From positions 6,069 through 70,068 of the forward strand of contig JAGROX010000003.1 in assembly GCA_020440025.1 (NCBI GenBank): a stretch of DNA of 64,000 nucleotides. The letters run 5' to 3'. Shown here in pieces: positions 18,755 to 28,329 of this stretch. The position numbers and the translations under genes are program-made. Source of the DNA: Verrucomicrobiia bacterium (lineage in GTDB: Bacteria > Verrucomicrobiota > Verrucomicrobiia > Verrucomicrobiales > DEV007). Position 1 is the stretch's first letter. Each line of letters begins with the position of its first letter. The notes beneath the pieces are model-generated. The model worked only from the letters and a program-made list of their open reading frames with translations. It did no database searches and was not told the DNA's origin.

Positions 18755-20764
18755 TCAGCGGGCGGCGGTCTTCATGCGTCGGGCAATGGCGAGCCAGATG
18801 CCGACGATGATCACGAGCAGGGGCATCAATCCGGTGGTGATGAGTTTGATCAGCAACTGAGCGAGATCGAAATCGCGCTTCATTTCCTTGTTCAGCTCAC
18901 GGACTTTCTTGTTCATCTCGACCTGCTGAATTCGGAGGTTTTCGATCTCGGACTGAACCTCGGGAGTCAGAAGGGCCTCCTGCACATCGCCGGGGGTCTG
19001 GCTGAGGATATCATTGATGCGTTTTTCGGCATCCTTGGCCTGAGCTTCGAATCCGGAAAGTTCGTCGCGGAATTTGGACTCGGCTTCGCTGAGCCATTCG
19101 CTGAGCTTGGTAAAGGGACGGCGGGCGGAGCCACGGCTGCGGACATTGATCAAGTCGGTGTCGCCGGAGAGTTGATCGATCGCATTCTGCACCAGACTGA
19201 GGTTGCCGTTGAGCGGCTCGGGAATGCGAATATTCATCCCGGGGATCTGATTGATGCGAACGCAGACGGCGTCGTAGAGAAAATCGACATCCGAGATCAG
19301 GAGAACGATGCCCTCCTTTTCGCTCGATTTCAGTGAGTCATCCTTCTTGGGCTCATCCGCCTTCTTTTCTTCCGCGGCGGCGTCATCCTTTTTCTCCTCG
19401 TCTTCGGAAGCCTTCTCCTCGGTCGCTGCCGCAGGATTCCCATCGGGGAAAGCAGTGGTGAAGGTGCCGGAGAGACGGCTGATGATGGAATAGGTGGTGC
19501 CGGAAGGTTGGAAGTTGTCACGAAGACTCTTGATCGAATCCTCCTGAGTGGGATCTGCCTCAAAAGCGCCGACCAACTGAGTCTGGTCGCTGGTGGTGAC
19601 GAGGTCGGTCTTGGTCACACCTTCGGGAGCCGTGATGGTAAAGCCACCAGGCATCAGGAACTGGGCATTGGTCACGGAACTCACGATGGGATCGTCGGAC
19701 GGCATGGCGTCGTGATTCAAGGTGAGGAAAGTCGGGACAAAGTAGCCCTGACGAATGATCTCGGTGCCGTAGCGGAGGTCGGCGACCACTTTGGTGTCGT
19801 CATACTCGACGCCCCAGGCGCTGAAAAGTTTCGCCAGGTTCGAGTTGGGTGCGGGTCCAGCCGGGCCACCCTGCATGGGATTGCCACCTGCTCCCATGGC
19901 GCGGGAGTAGAAGAAGCTGGGATCGACTGCCACGATGACTTTGCCGCCTTTCAGGAGATATTGGTCGATGGCATACTGGGTCTCTTCGCCAACATCGTAG
20001 GGATGCAGGACAATGAGGGTCTCGGTATCGGCGGGAATTTCCTCGGCCGTCGCGGGCAGGAATTCCACGGTGAAGTCTTTGCGCAAATCCTCGACAAAGA
20101 ACCAGGGAGGTGTCGGAGCACCACCTTGCATGGGATTCCCGGAAAAACCGCCACCAATCTGCATGGTGGTCATGATGCGAACAATGGAACCAGCGCCGTC
20201 GTGGACGCGGGCGATCGCTCGGGAGAGATCATATTCCATCAAGGTCTCCGGACGAGCGGGCAGGAAGGGAAGCGTCTCGGTTTCGTCGACGCAGGTGACG
20301 GCAATGCCAAGGAAGATCTCGCCGCCGGTTTCTCGGGACATGCCTCGCTGAAGGCCATCGAGAATCGCCGAATCTTCGGCGTCCGTGCTGGGCTCGGGAT
20401 TGAGCTTTTTCACCGTTACGGTGCCGCCAGCCGCTTTCTGGTATTCAGATAGGAGATCCTCGACGCGACGGGAGTACTCCAACTCGGCGGGCGTCATGAA
20501 GTCCGAGCTGTCATTCACGTAGTAGCGAATCTCCACCGGCGTGTCGAGACGCTTCAGGATCGACTTGGTGCCCTTGGACAGGGTGTAGAGGTTGTTCTCC
20601 GTCAGGTCAGCGCGACCGCCGATGGAACCGGCGATGAAGTTAACCAGCACGGCGATCATGAAGACGACAATCACGCCGATGATGGCAGTGGGAATGCGTC
20701 CAAAATTGCCGTGGTGGCGATGCTGGGCGTTGGAGGACTTCGAGGAGGCTTTGGCTTCGCTCAT
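18755..20764 (-). CDS. GldG-like ABC-transporter auxiliary component
   Basis: 669 aa with N- and C-terminal TM helices (IIGVIVVFMIAVLVNFIAG and LITTGLMPLLVIIVGIWLAI) flanking a large extracytoplasmic region. Blocks DLTENNLYTLS and VLHPYD are present. It follows ABC ATPase and ABC-2 permease genes. Confidence 0.75.
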   Translation of the reverse strand: MSEAKASSKSSNAQHRHHGNFGRIPTAIIGVIVVFMIAVLVNFIAGSIGGRADLTENNLYTLSKGTKSILKRLDTPVEIRYYVNDSSDFMTPAELEYSRRVEDLLSEYQKAAGGTVTVKKLNPEPSTDAEDSAILDGLQRGMSRETGGEIFLGIAVTCVDETETLPFLPARPETLMEYDLSRAIARVHDGAGSIVRIMTTMQIGGGFSGNPMQGGAPTPPWFFVEDLRKDFTVEFLPATAEEIPADTETLIVLHPYDVGEETQYAIDQYLLKGGKVIVAVDPSFFYSRAMGAGGNPMQGGPAGPAPNSNLAKLFSAWGVEYDDTKVVADLRYGTEIIRQGYFVPTFLTLNHDAMPSDDPIVSSVTNAQFLMPGGFTITAPEGVTKTDLVTTSDQTQLVGAFEADPTQEDSIKSLRDNFQPSGTTYSIISRLSGTFTTAFPDGNPAAATEEKASEDEEKKDDAAAEEKKADEPKKDDSLKSSEKEGIVLLISDVDFLYDAVCVRINQIPGMNIRIPEPLNGNLSLVQNAIDQLSGDTDLINVRSRGSARRPFTKLSEWLSEAESKFRDELSGFEAQAKDAEKRINDILSQTPGDVQEALLTPEVQSEIENLRIQQVEMNKKVRELNKEMKRDFDLAQLLIKLITTGLMPLLVIIVGIWLAIARRMKTAAR

Positions 20765-20827
20765 GGTCTCAGTAGGGGAAAAGGTTTTGGGAAAAGGAGT
20801 GGGTTTCTTTCGAAGGAAGGAGAGATA

Positions 20828-21667
20828 TCAGGCGCGTTTCACTCGGAGCACCACTGCGGTGCTGAAGAGGCAGAACGCGATGAAGGTCAGGAAAAACACG
20901 ATGTCGCGGAATCCGAGGACACCTTTCGCGAGTTCCATGAAGTGCGGTAGGACGCCGATGATGTTGATGAACTTCAGGGCGGGCCAGAAAACCAACCAGC
21001 CGCCTTTGAGGCTACTGACGGCTGCCGACACGGGCTGCAGTCCACCGAGCCAGAGCAGCAGGCAGAGTCCGATGGAAATGAGCAGAGCGACGATTTGACT
21101 CCGAGTAAATGCCGACACCACTGAGGTCACTGCGAGGAAGCAGAGAGCGGTGAAGAAAGTAGCGACAAATCCTGCCATGATGACACCGTTGTCGGGTTTG
21201 CCCAGATAGTTGATGACCCAGACAATGGGGAAGGACAGCACCAGCATCGCGAAAAGCACGATGGCGGCGGCGAGGTATTTTCCGACGATGGCGTGCCAGG
21301 GAGCGATCGGCATCGTCAGCATCAGTTCCATGGTGCCGAGGCGTTGTTCCTCCGACCACAGGCGCATGCCGACTGCCGGAGCCACGACGACAAAATACCA
21401 GGGCAGGTATTGGAAGTAAGACATGTAGAGACTCGCTTCGCCGCCTTCAAGCAGGCTACCGAACCAAAAGGTGATCCCATTGGAGATCAGCAGAAAGATC
21501 ACCACGCAGACGTAGGCGATGGGCGAGTTGAAGTAGGCTTTCAGTTCGCGTTTAAAAATGGTCCGCACCTCCCGAGGCAGGGCGAACAACAGGATCGCGA
21601 TGAAAATCGCCGAGACGATCACGGTGGGAATGGCGAAATGAAGCAGGAGAGCAATGGTGGCTTCCAT
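20828..21667 (-). CDS. ABC-2 type transporter permease (GldF-like)
   Basis: 279 aa, about 6 TM segments. The start FKRELKAYFNSPIAYV is typical of the ABC-2/GldF family. It lies in an operon with the ATPase. Confidence 0.75.
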   Translation of the reverse strand: MEATIALLLHFAIPTVIVSAIFIAILLFALPREVRTIFKRELKAYFNSPIAYVCVVIFLLISNGITFWFGSLLEGGEASLYMSYFQYLPWYFVVVAPAVGMRLWSEEQRLGTMELMLTMPIAPWHAIVGKYLAAAIVLFAMLVLSFPIVWVINYLGKPDNGVIMAGFVATFFTALCFLAVTSVVSAFTRSQIVALLISIGLCLLLWLGGLQPVSAAVSSLKGGWLVFWPALKFINIIGVLPHFMELAKGVLGFRDIVFFLTFIAFCLFSTAVVLRVKRA

Positions 21668-21717
21668 GACGTTTTGGGGAAAAGAGAATTGAAATTCGGA
21701 CGGGTGAAAATGTCGGG

Positions 21718-22668
21718 TCAGTCTTCCATGTCTGTCCGGGTGATCTCGCGGAACAACTCATCGAGACGTCCCTCCTCTACCCGGAGTTCGTGAATGGTGA
21801 GCCCCCTGGCCACCGCGAGTTTGAAAATCGCTTCCGGCAGGGCCTTGTCCTTGCCCTTGTTCGGCAGGACGCGGGCGGTGATGCCGTTGTCGCCGGACTC
21901 GAGCACGTTGACGGCACGCACCTCGGGAAGTTTTTCTAGTTCCTGACGGACTCCGGTGGCGGCCAATCCGGTCGCATTGAAGATGACGGCTCCGGCATTC
22001 ATTGCCTTGGCCTTCAGCTGATCGGGAGTGCCGTCAGCGATGATCTTGCCGCGGTCGATGATGATGGCCCGGGAGCAGGATGCCTCCACTTCCTCCAAAA
22101 TGTGGGTGGAGAAAATGATCGCCTTGGTTTCGCCCATCCGTTTGATGAGGTTTCGCACCTCATGCTTTTGGTTGGGATCGAGACCATCGGTCGGTTCGTC
22201 GAGAATGAGAACCTCGGGATCGTGAATGATCGACTGAGCCAGGCAAGTGCGATGGCGGAAACCCTTGGAAAGGGTGTCGACGCTCTGGTGGCGCACCCGC
22301 TGGAGAAAACAGGTTTCGATGGCCTTGTCGATGGCGGCTTCGATCTCGGATTCCGGCACCCGACGCATCTCGGCCGAGAAGCGGAGAAAGTCCTCCACCG
22401 ACATGTCCGAGTAGAGCGGCGCGTTTTCCGGCAGATAGCCGATCTTCGACTTCGCGGCGATTTCGTCGTCGAGAATGTCGGCACCACCTACGGAGATCGA
22501 GCCCGCACTCGGCGGCAGATATCCGGTGACCATGCGCATCGTCGTCGATTTCCCGGCGCCATTGGGTCCGAGGAAGCCGAGGACTTCGCCTTTCTCGACG
22601 GTGAAGGAGATATCGTCGACGGCGACTTTCTCTCCGAAGTGTTTACTGAGGTTTTTGACTTCGATCAT
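21718..22668 (-). CDS. ABC transporter ATP-binding protein (GldA-like)
   Basis: Walker A GPNGAGKST, signature LSKGFRHR, Walker B VLILDEPTDGLD and H-loop FSTHILEE. Confidence 0.9.
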   Translation of the reverse strand: MIEVKNLSKHFGEKVAVDDISFTVEKGEVLGFLGPNGAGKSTTMRMVTGYLPPSAGSISVGGADILDDEIAAKSKIGYLPENAPLYSDMSVEDFLRFSAEMRRVPESEIEAAIDKAIETCFLQRVRHQSVDTLSKGFRHRTCLAQSIIHDPEVLILDEPTDGLDPNQKHEVRNLIKRMGETKAIIFSTHILEEVEASCSRAIIIDRGKIIADGTPDQLKAKAMNAGAVIFNATGLAATGVRQELEKLPEVRAVNVLESGDNGITARVLPNKGKDKALPEAIFKLAVARGLTIHELRVEEGRLDELFREITRTDMED

Positions 22669-22969
22669 GATGGGGAACTGGCATTCGATTCCGCTTTGGG
22701 GCGGCCGCGGTATTCTCCTGAGGAGAATCCAGTTCGCAATCGGACAAGCGAAATCTCAAGCGAGACTCATTTGCCACAGAACTGGACCCGCGCAAGAAAA
22801 AAACATTTACATCGTAAAGCCAACGTTAGCCGACGATCGGTTTCCTACAATGGCGCAAATTCGCACAGACAAATCCCGATTTCGGCTTCGCTTAGAGGGG
22901 TTCGGTTTTGGCTAGCCACGATTTTCCGGATTTCGTTGCCAGTCCTGTTGATCCCCCTATGGTGCGGGC

Positions 22970-23728
22970 ATGAAACTCCACAGTTGGAATGTAAACGGGA
23001 TCCGGGCGGTGCAGAAAAAGGGCTTTGACGACTACGTCCTTCAGCATCAGCCGGACCTTTTGCTGCTGCAGGAAACCAAGGCCCAGCCGGAGCAGGTCGA
23101 AATTTCCTCAGCCTTGAAGGATTGGGAAGTTCACTGGAACTCCGCCGAGAAGAAGGGCTACTCTGGAGTCGCCATCTTTACCCGCGAGTCTCCCCTGAAT
23201 GTTACCTCGGGAATTGGAATCGCCGAGCACGACACGGAAGGCCGGGTGCTGACTCTGGAGTTTCCCGATTTCTTCCTTGTGAGCGTTTACACGCCCAACT
23301 CGCAGGATGGACTGCGCCGCCTGGCCTACCGACAGGAGTGGGATTGTGCGTTTCTCGATCACATGCGAGAGCTGGAAAAGACGAAGCCTGTTATCTTCGG
23401 CGGCGATCTCAATGTGGCGCATCAGGAAATCGATCTGGCTCGACCAAAACAGAATCGCATGAGCGCCGGGTTCTCCGATGAAGAACGAGCGGGGTTCGAT
23501 CAGATCGTCGACGCTGGATTCATCGACAGCTTCCGTCTTTTTCATCCCGAGGAGCCCGAGCACTACAGTTGGTGGAGCTATCGCGGCGGTGCCCGAGCCA
23601 ACAACGTGGGATGGCGGATCGATTACTTCTGTGTATCACCGAAACTTCAAGATCGGATGAAGTCGGCCAAGATTCATCCCGACGTGATGGGTTCGGATCA
23701 TTGTCCGGTGGAACTGGTGTTGGGATGA
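22970..23728 (+). CDS. xth: Exodeoxyribonuclease III
   Basis: MKLHSWNVNGIRA...LLLQETK...GYSGVAIF...GGDLNVAH.EIDL...WWSYRGGARANNVGWRIDY...GSDHCPV matches the ExoIII/APE1 family along its full length. Confidence 0.9.
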   Translation: MKLHSWNVNGIRAVQKKGFDDYVLQHQPDLLLLQETKAQPEQVEISSALKDWEVHWNSAEKKGYSGVAIFTRESPLNVTSGIGIAEHDTEGRVLTLEFPDFFLVSVYTPNSQDGLRRLAYRQEWDCAFLDHMRELEKTKPVIFGGDLNVAHQEIDLARPKQNRMSAGFSDEERAGFDQIVDAGFIDSFRLFHPEEPEHYSWWSYRGGARANNVGWRIDYFCVSPKLQDRMKSAKIHPDVMGSDHCPVELVLG

Positions 23729-23857
23729 AGTGGCTGGCTGAATCCTTCGTTGATTCATCGAGCCTCAGTTGCGTGAGCGAATCGATCGTTCTCATCCCGT
23801 ACGGTGCGAGACAAGCGGCGAGCGAATTGAGATAAGTGAATCAACCGTTTTCCGAGG

Positions 23858-24136
23858 ATGCCAAGTAGTCCCTATCAAGCCGAGTTTCAGGATTACCTGT
23901 GGTCCACTGGCGAGGGTTTCGACTGGCGTTGGGTGTTGGGAGTGTCGCTGGCGCTGTCGCTGTGGTGCCTGTTCCATCTCTTTCGCAGCACCGCACCTTG
24001 GCATTCGAAACTCGTGTGGACGTTGCTTGTTCTTTTCCCGTTGGTGGGGCCATTGATGTTTGCGGCGTTATTCCGCCCGCCTTCGCCTCAATCCAAGGAT
24101 CTCCAAGCACCCCCGGCGAGTGGGATCGGACTCTAG
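23858..24136 (+). CDS. Small 2-TM membrane protein (PLD-nuclease N-terminal-like)
   Basis: 92 aa with two hydrophobic helices (WRWVLGVSLALSLWCLFHLF and LVWTLLVLFPLVGPLMFAALF). The family assignment is weak. Confidence 0.45.
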   Translation: MPSSPYQAEFQDYLWSTGEGFDWRWVLGVSLALSLWCLFHLFRSTAPWHSKLVWTLLVLFPLVGPLMFAALFRPPSPQSKDLQAPPASGIGL

Positions 24137-24150
24137 GGCGCTTCAAGAAT

Positions 24151-25602
24151 TCACTTGCCCAGCCGATCCAGCACATTGCGCGTGATTTGTTCCACCGCGG
24201 GATCTTTTCCTTTCAGCCCGTGGGCCCAGTCGGTGGAACCGGTCGTGACGACGGTGCCGCCTTTCTCGGTGGTGTAGAGTCCGAGGACGGCGTGTCCGGT
24301 GTGTTCGGGGCCGGGCCACTCCTCGTACCACCAGCTGTCGCCGGGTGCCCATTTGGCGGGCGCGCTGCCGAGAATGGTGAAAGTTTTCGGCGTTCCATCC
24401 TGATGAGTGGGGAAGGGCAGTCCGTCTCGCCACTCCATCTCGCAGCCATCGCATTCATAGCCGACGATGCTGTCCTTGCCCCCGAATTCGTCACCCGCTT
24501 TCAGCTGGGTTCCCTCGTAGAGCCAGTGGTCGGGGCGATGCACGGTATAGGCGCCGCTGCCGTCCATGAGTTGATCGTGACTCTTGTGGTAGCCGCCATG
24601 AAGAAATCCGACGCCGGTCATCTGATTTTCGGGACGGCCCACCAGATGATGTCCCCACAGGGTGGCCAGCAGGGGAACCGTATCGGCTGTCGACGAGTAG
24701 AGTTCGTCTTGATTGAACCACTGTTTCCAACTGAGGAGCGATTTCGTCGTGGGATCCCAGCGAACCTGCCAGCAACAGGTGTTTCCGGAAAAGAAGGCGA
24801 TATTGCCACCGGCCGCTGCGTAGTTCTCGATGGTGTCGCGCATCGGAGTCGACCAGTATTCATCGTGCCCAACACTGAGCACGAGTTGGTAGGGCTTCAC
24901 GATTTCGGGACGGAGTTCGAGATCGAGATTGGTGGCGTAGTCGAGTGAGTAGCCATTTTCCTCGGCCCAGACGACAAAGGGCAGCTCCCATCGACCGAAT
25001 TGGGGTTTCATCGGTCTCAGGTAGGACACCTGATGCCCCTGCAGGTTGGCGCGACCGTGATAGCCGTAGAGGCTGGATCCGCCCCAGTTGTTGTAGGCGT
25101 TGTAGGTATTGGTCGCGAGCTGGAGCAGGATCTTGCTGTCCTTGCCAGGTTCTGAGGCCCGCAGGACAAAGAAACAGGATCCCTCCGCGCTGCGGGTGTT
25201 CCATTGACTGAAGCGCCCGCCGGTGTCGCGAATGGTCATGCGAACCTCATAAAAACCGGTTTTCCACTCGGAGGGAATCTTCATCTGAAAGCCGACCGGC
25301 CATCCGCAGCCTTCGGACGAGGCTTTTTCGGGAATGCCGTATTCCTGGCCACCTTCGATTTTTTGCTGACTGAAGACCACGACGCGCTCGCGACCGACTC
25401 GTGCGATCTCAAGATCATAGGTAGGAGATGTGGTCGACAGGTGCAATTGAAGTTCATCGCCCGGAGCGTAGCTGATGTCTCCCGCATAGCCTTCGATGTA
25501 GAGCGAACGTCCTTCGTCGATGGCCCAAGCGGCTGCGGTCGAGAGAGCGAGGCCGATGGCGAGGCAAAGTCGGAAGAGAAAAATCGGGGACCGTGTGTTC
25601 AT
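24151..25602 (-). CDS. Secreted N,N-dimethylformamidase large-subunit-like (DUF6605-type) protein
   Basis: Signal peptide MNTRSPIFLFRLCLAIGLALSTAAAWA. The block LATNTYNAYNNWGGSSLYGY and downstream SVGHDEYWS are characteristic of this family as I remember it. Confidence 0.6.
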   Translation of the reverse strand: MNTRSPIFLFRLCLAIGLALSTAAAWAIDEGRSLYIEGYAGDISYAPGDELQLHLSTTSPTYDLEIARVGRERVVVFSQQKIEGGQEYGIPEKASSEGCGWPVGFQMKIPSEWKTGFYEVRMTIRDTGGRFSQWNTRSAEGSCFFVLRASEPGKDSKILLQLATNTYNAYNNWGGSSLYGYHGRANLQGHQVSYLRPMKPQFGRWELPFVVWAEENGYSLDYATNLDLELRPEIVKPYQLVLSVGHDEYWSTPMRDTIENYAAAGGNIAFFSGNTCCWQVRWDPTTKSLLSWKQWFNQDELYSSTADTVPLLATLWGHHLVGRPENQMTGVGFLHGGYHKSHDQLMDGSGAYTVHRPDHWLYEGTQLKAGDEFGGKDSIVGYECDGCEMEWRDGLPFPTHQDGTPKTFTILGSAPAKWAPGDSWWYEEWPGPEHTGHAVLGLYTTEKGGTVVTTGSTDWAHGLKGKDPAVEQITRNVLDRLGK

Positions 25603-25733
25603 GTCCGACCAGCATAGCGAGGTTGGTGAACGTCAGGCAATGACTAAGCTTGGCGCATCGGCGCGAGATTGAGCTTGGATTCGGGGGAGCCGCATCAGAT
25701 AATCCGACGGTCTGGAACGCTCACCTTTTTTCG

Positions 25734-26339
25734 ATGAACCGTCGCCCGCTGTCATTCGCCATCTGCCTGGTCGTGCCCTTTGTCATTCTGGTGCTGGGCC
25801 TCGGGACGGCGGGATGGCAGGGCTATCAAGCCTCTCGCCTTCTGGTTCGGGAAGCCGGTCGTGGTGTCGTGCCGCCGGGTTTCTCGGTCGAGTTGACGGA
25901 GTCAGGCGAGCATACCCTCTGGTTGCATACTTATACCATGCACGAAGGCGCCGCCTTTGAGTCTGGCGAGCAACTGCCGCCCGGAGCCAAAATCATCATC
26001 ACCCACGATGCGACCGGGGACATCTATCCGCTGAATCCTTACTCGATGGCGACAAAAAGTCTCGGCTCAGAAACAGCGGTTTCACTGGGAACCTTTGAGC
26101 CTCGCTCGACTGGTCGCATCTCAGTGATGGGAACCGGAATTTCGAAACCGGTGGTGCTATCGGTCGCTCCCGTGAAAATGCGGGAAATGCTCAACGCCGC
26201 CATTCAAGTGGGCGGAATCGCCGCCATGTCGCTGTTGCTGGCCATTGTCTCACTCATCGTGCTTCTGCATCGTCGTCAAAAAATGATGCGGGCCGAGGAA
26301 CAGATGCACGGGGGGCATTCGCCTTCACATCCCCATTGA
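25734..26339 (+). CDS. Hypothetical bitopic/2-TM membrane protein
   Basis: I chose the ATG at 25734 (MNRRPLSFAICLVVPFVILVLGLG). A second TM helix lies near the C-terminus (VGGIAAMSLLLAIVSLIVLL). I recognise no family. Its 3' end overlaps the recQ 3' end by 15 nt, convergently. Confidence 0.5.
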   Translation: MNRRPLSFAICLVVPFVILVLGLGTAGWQGYQASRLLVREAGRGVVPPGFSVELTESGEHTLWLHTYTMHEGAAFESGEQLPPGAKIIITHDATGDIYPLNPYSMATKSLGSETAVSLGTFEPRSTGRISVMGTGISKPVVLSVAPVKMREMLNAAIQVGGIAAMSLLLAIVSLIVLLHRRQKMMRAEEQMHGGHSPSHPH

Positions 26340-28274
26340 TTCGACCTGCGTCAGTACCGTTTGAAACGGCACCTCGGCAAGCAGTCCGAAGGCGTCGTGA
26401 CGCGAGAGTCGCTCGCGAGTAGCCGCCGGACTGGAGATGCCGCAGAGAAAGCGGGTTAGCTGACGCGGTTGACGAAGTGCGGCGTGTTTTTCCGAGATGA
26501 TCTCATGGATTGCGGCCACTTGCTCCGGGGTGATGTCATCCTCAAGAGAAGAGGGGAGCACCCGATCCTGGGTCGGCGGGTTGAGGCAGTTGCCACAGTT
26601 TCCGCAGCCACTCTCCAAGCCTTCACCAAAATGCGCCAGCAAATGTCGCGTGAGACAGTCGCGAGTTTCGCAGAGATCTATCACCATGCCGAGTCGGTCG
26701 ATCTCGCCGAGTTCGCGGCGGGCAAAAAGGTCCTGCAAGATCGCGGCGACGGGACCGACTTCCCGCGGTCGATCGGGTGCCAGTCGATAGCCGTGTCGCA
26801 GTCCGCTGGGGCGCAATCGGATGTCGCCCATGTCGGCCAAGTGATTGAGCGCTTTGCGAATGCGATCAGAAGGCTCGCCCGTCTTGAAGGCGACCTCATC
26901 CACCTTCACCGTGATCCAACTGCGGGCTTTCTTCGAATGGTCGAAAATGGATTTCAGAAACGCCTGACGCGCCGGGGTATGCCCGGCGAGGACGCGGTCC
27001 TCCGGCTGAAGAAACTGAAACTGGTATCCGGCGTAGAAAGGTCCGGTCGGAATGATGAGCCCACTGAGCTCCAAGTAAGTCATCGCCGTTGCCACCACCA
27101 GCGGACGGATGTCCTTGGTCCCCGAGAGATCGTAGCGGGAGATGCTGAACGTTTCGCCCTGGAGCAGGACGTGCTCGACCAGCGATTTCAATGACTGGGG
27201 AGAAGGCGTATCGCCATAGACAAAGTTTTCCAACACCACCCTGTCGTCCGCACAGGCCAGCATCTCGCAGGTCGCCGGAGCCCCGTCGCGCCCGGCTCGA
27301 CCGCTTTCCTGAACGAAATTTTCCAACGATTTGGGAAGGTTGTAGTGATAGACATAGCGGATGTCGGCTTTGTCGATGCCCATGCCAAACGCGATGGTCG
27401 CGACGACGATGTCGAATCGTCCCGCCATGAAATCGTCCTGCACTTCTGCCCGCCAATCATCCGCCAGCCCGGCGTGATATGCCTTTGCCGCCAGCCCGTT
27501 GCGAGCCAGATAACCCGCCACGTCCTCGGCGGTGTGTTGCAGGGTCACGTAGACCACCGCCGGACCGGGGGGGCGTTCTCTGATTCGGGATAGCAGCAGC
27601 GCTTTGCGATCCGCCGCGAGGCAGGGCGTGACGTGGAAACTCAGGTTGGAGCGCCGAAACCCGGTTTGAACATGGTCGTTCTCCGCGATGTTGAATTCAC
27701 GGCAGATGTCTGCCGCTACCTTGGGCGTGGCCGTTGCCGTCAGGGCGAGCACTCGAGTGACGTCCAGATCGCGGGTCAGTTGTGCGAGCTTCAGGTAGTC
27801 CGGCCGGAAATTGTGACCCCACTCCGAGATGCAGTGGGCTTCATCGATGGCGATGAACGAAATCCGAGTGCGGCGCAGTTTCAGCAAAAAGCCTTCATTG
27901 GCGATGCGCTCGGGGGCGACGTAGAGCAGTTTCAAATCGCCCGAGTCCATCCGATCATAGATGGATCTAACCTCCGAAGCGTCGAGTGATGAATCCAATC
28001 GCGCCGCCGCCACACCTCGGGCGAGGAGGGCTTCCACCTGATCCTTCATCAGGGCGATCAGGGGAGAGATCACCAGCGTGAGCCCATCCAGCATCAACGC
28101 CGGCAACTGATAGCAGAGACTTTTCCCGCCCCCGGTGGGAAAAATCGCCAGCGAGGGACGACCCGCGATCAAGGTTTCGATCACTTGAAGTTGGCCGGGG
28201 CGGAACTCGAAATGACCGAACACGGAGGCCAAGACGGCGGCGGGATCTGAGGATGGCGGAGGCGTCTGTGGCAC
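26325..28274 (-). CDS. recQ: RecQ-family ATP-dependent DNA helicase
   Basis: FGHFEFRPGQLQVIE, Walker A FPTGGGKSLCYQLPA, DEAH box (AIDEAHCISEWGHNFRPDY), ATIAFGMGIDKADIRYVYHY and QESGRAGRDG. GTG start. Confidence 0.9.
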   Translation of the reverse strand: MPQTPPPSSDPAAVLASVFGHFEFRPGQLQVIETLIAGRPSLAIFPTGGGKSLCYQLPALMLDGLTLVISPLIALMKDQVEALLARGVAAARLDSSLDASEVRSIYDRMDSGDLKLLYVAPERIANEGFLLKLRRTRISFIAIDEAHCISEWGHNFRPDYLKLAQLTRDLDVTRVLALTATATPKVAADICREFNIAENDHVQTGFRRSNLSFHVTPCLAADRKALLLSRIRERPPGPAVVYVTLQHTAEDVAGYLARNGLAAKAYHAGLADDWRAEVQDDFMAGRFDIVVATIAFGMGIDKADIRYVYHYNLPKSLENFVQESGRAGRDGAPATCEMLACADDRVVLENFVYGDTPSPQSLKSLVEHVLLQGETFSISRYDLSGTKDIRPLVVATAMTYLELSGLIIPTGPFYAGYQFQFLQPEDRVLAGHTPARQAFLKSIFDHSKKARSWITVKVDEVAFKTGEPSDRIRKALNHLADMGDIRLRPSGLRHGYRLAPDRPREVGPVAAILQDLFARRELGEIDRLGMVIDLCETRDCLTRHLLAHFGEGLESGCGNCGNCLNPPTQDRVLPSSLEDDITPEQVAAIHEIISEKHAALRQPRQLTRFLCGISSPAATRERLSRHDAFGLLAEVPFQTVLTQVESMGM

Positions 28275-28283
28275 GATGCCTCC

Positions 28284-28322
28284 GACTCAACAGGGTTGAG
28301 TCCGGGAGTCAACCCTGTTGAA
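28284..28322. repeat. ~40-bp palindromic intergenic element, copy 1 (perfect 13-bp arms)
   Basis: TCAACAGGGTTGA (28287-28299) and TCAACCCTGTTGA (28309-28321) are exact reverse complements separated by 9 nt. The element sits between the divergent recQ and FadL-like genes. Confidence 0.7.
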
Positions 28323-28329
28323 TTGCCTT

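Noticed and set aside
26325-26339. 15-nt convergent overlap of the 3' ends of recQ and the 25734..26339 membrane-protein gene.
   Set aside because: Short convergent overlaps are common in compact genomes. There is no sign of a special structure or regulatory consequence.
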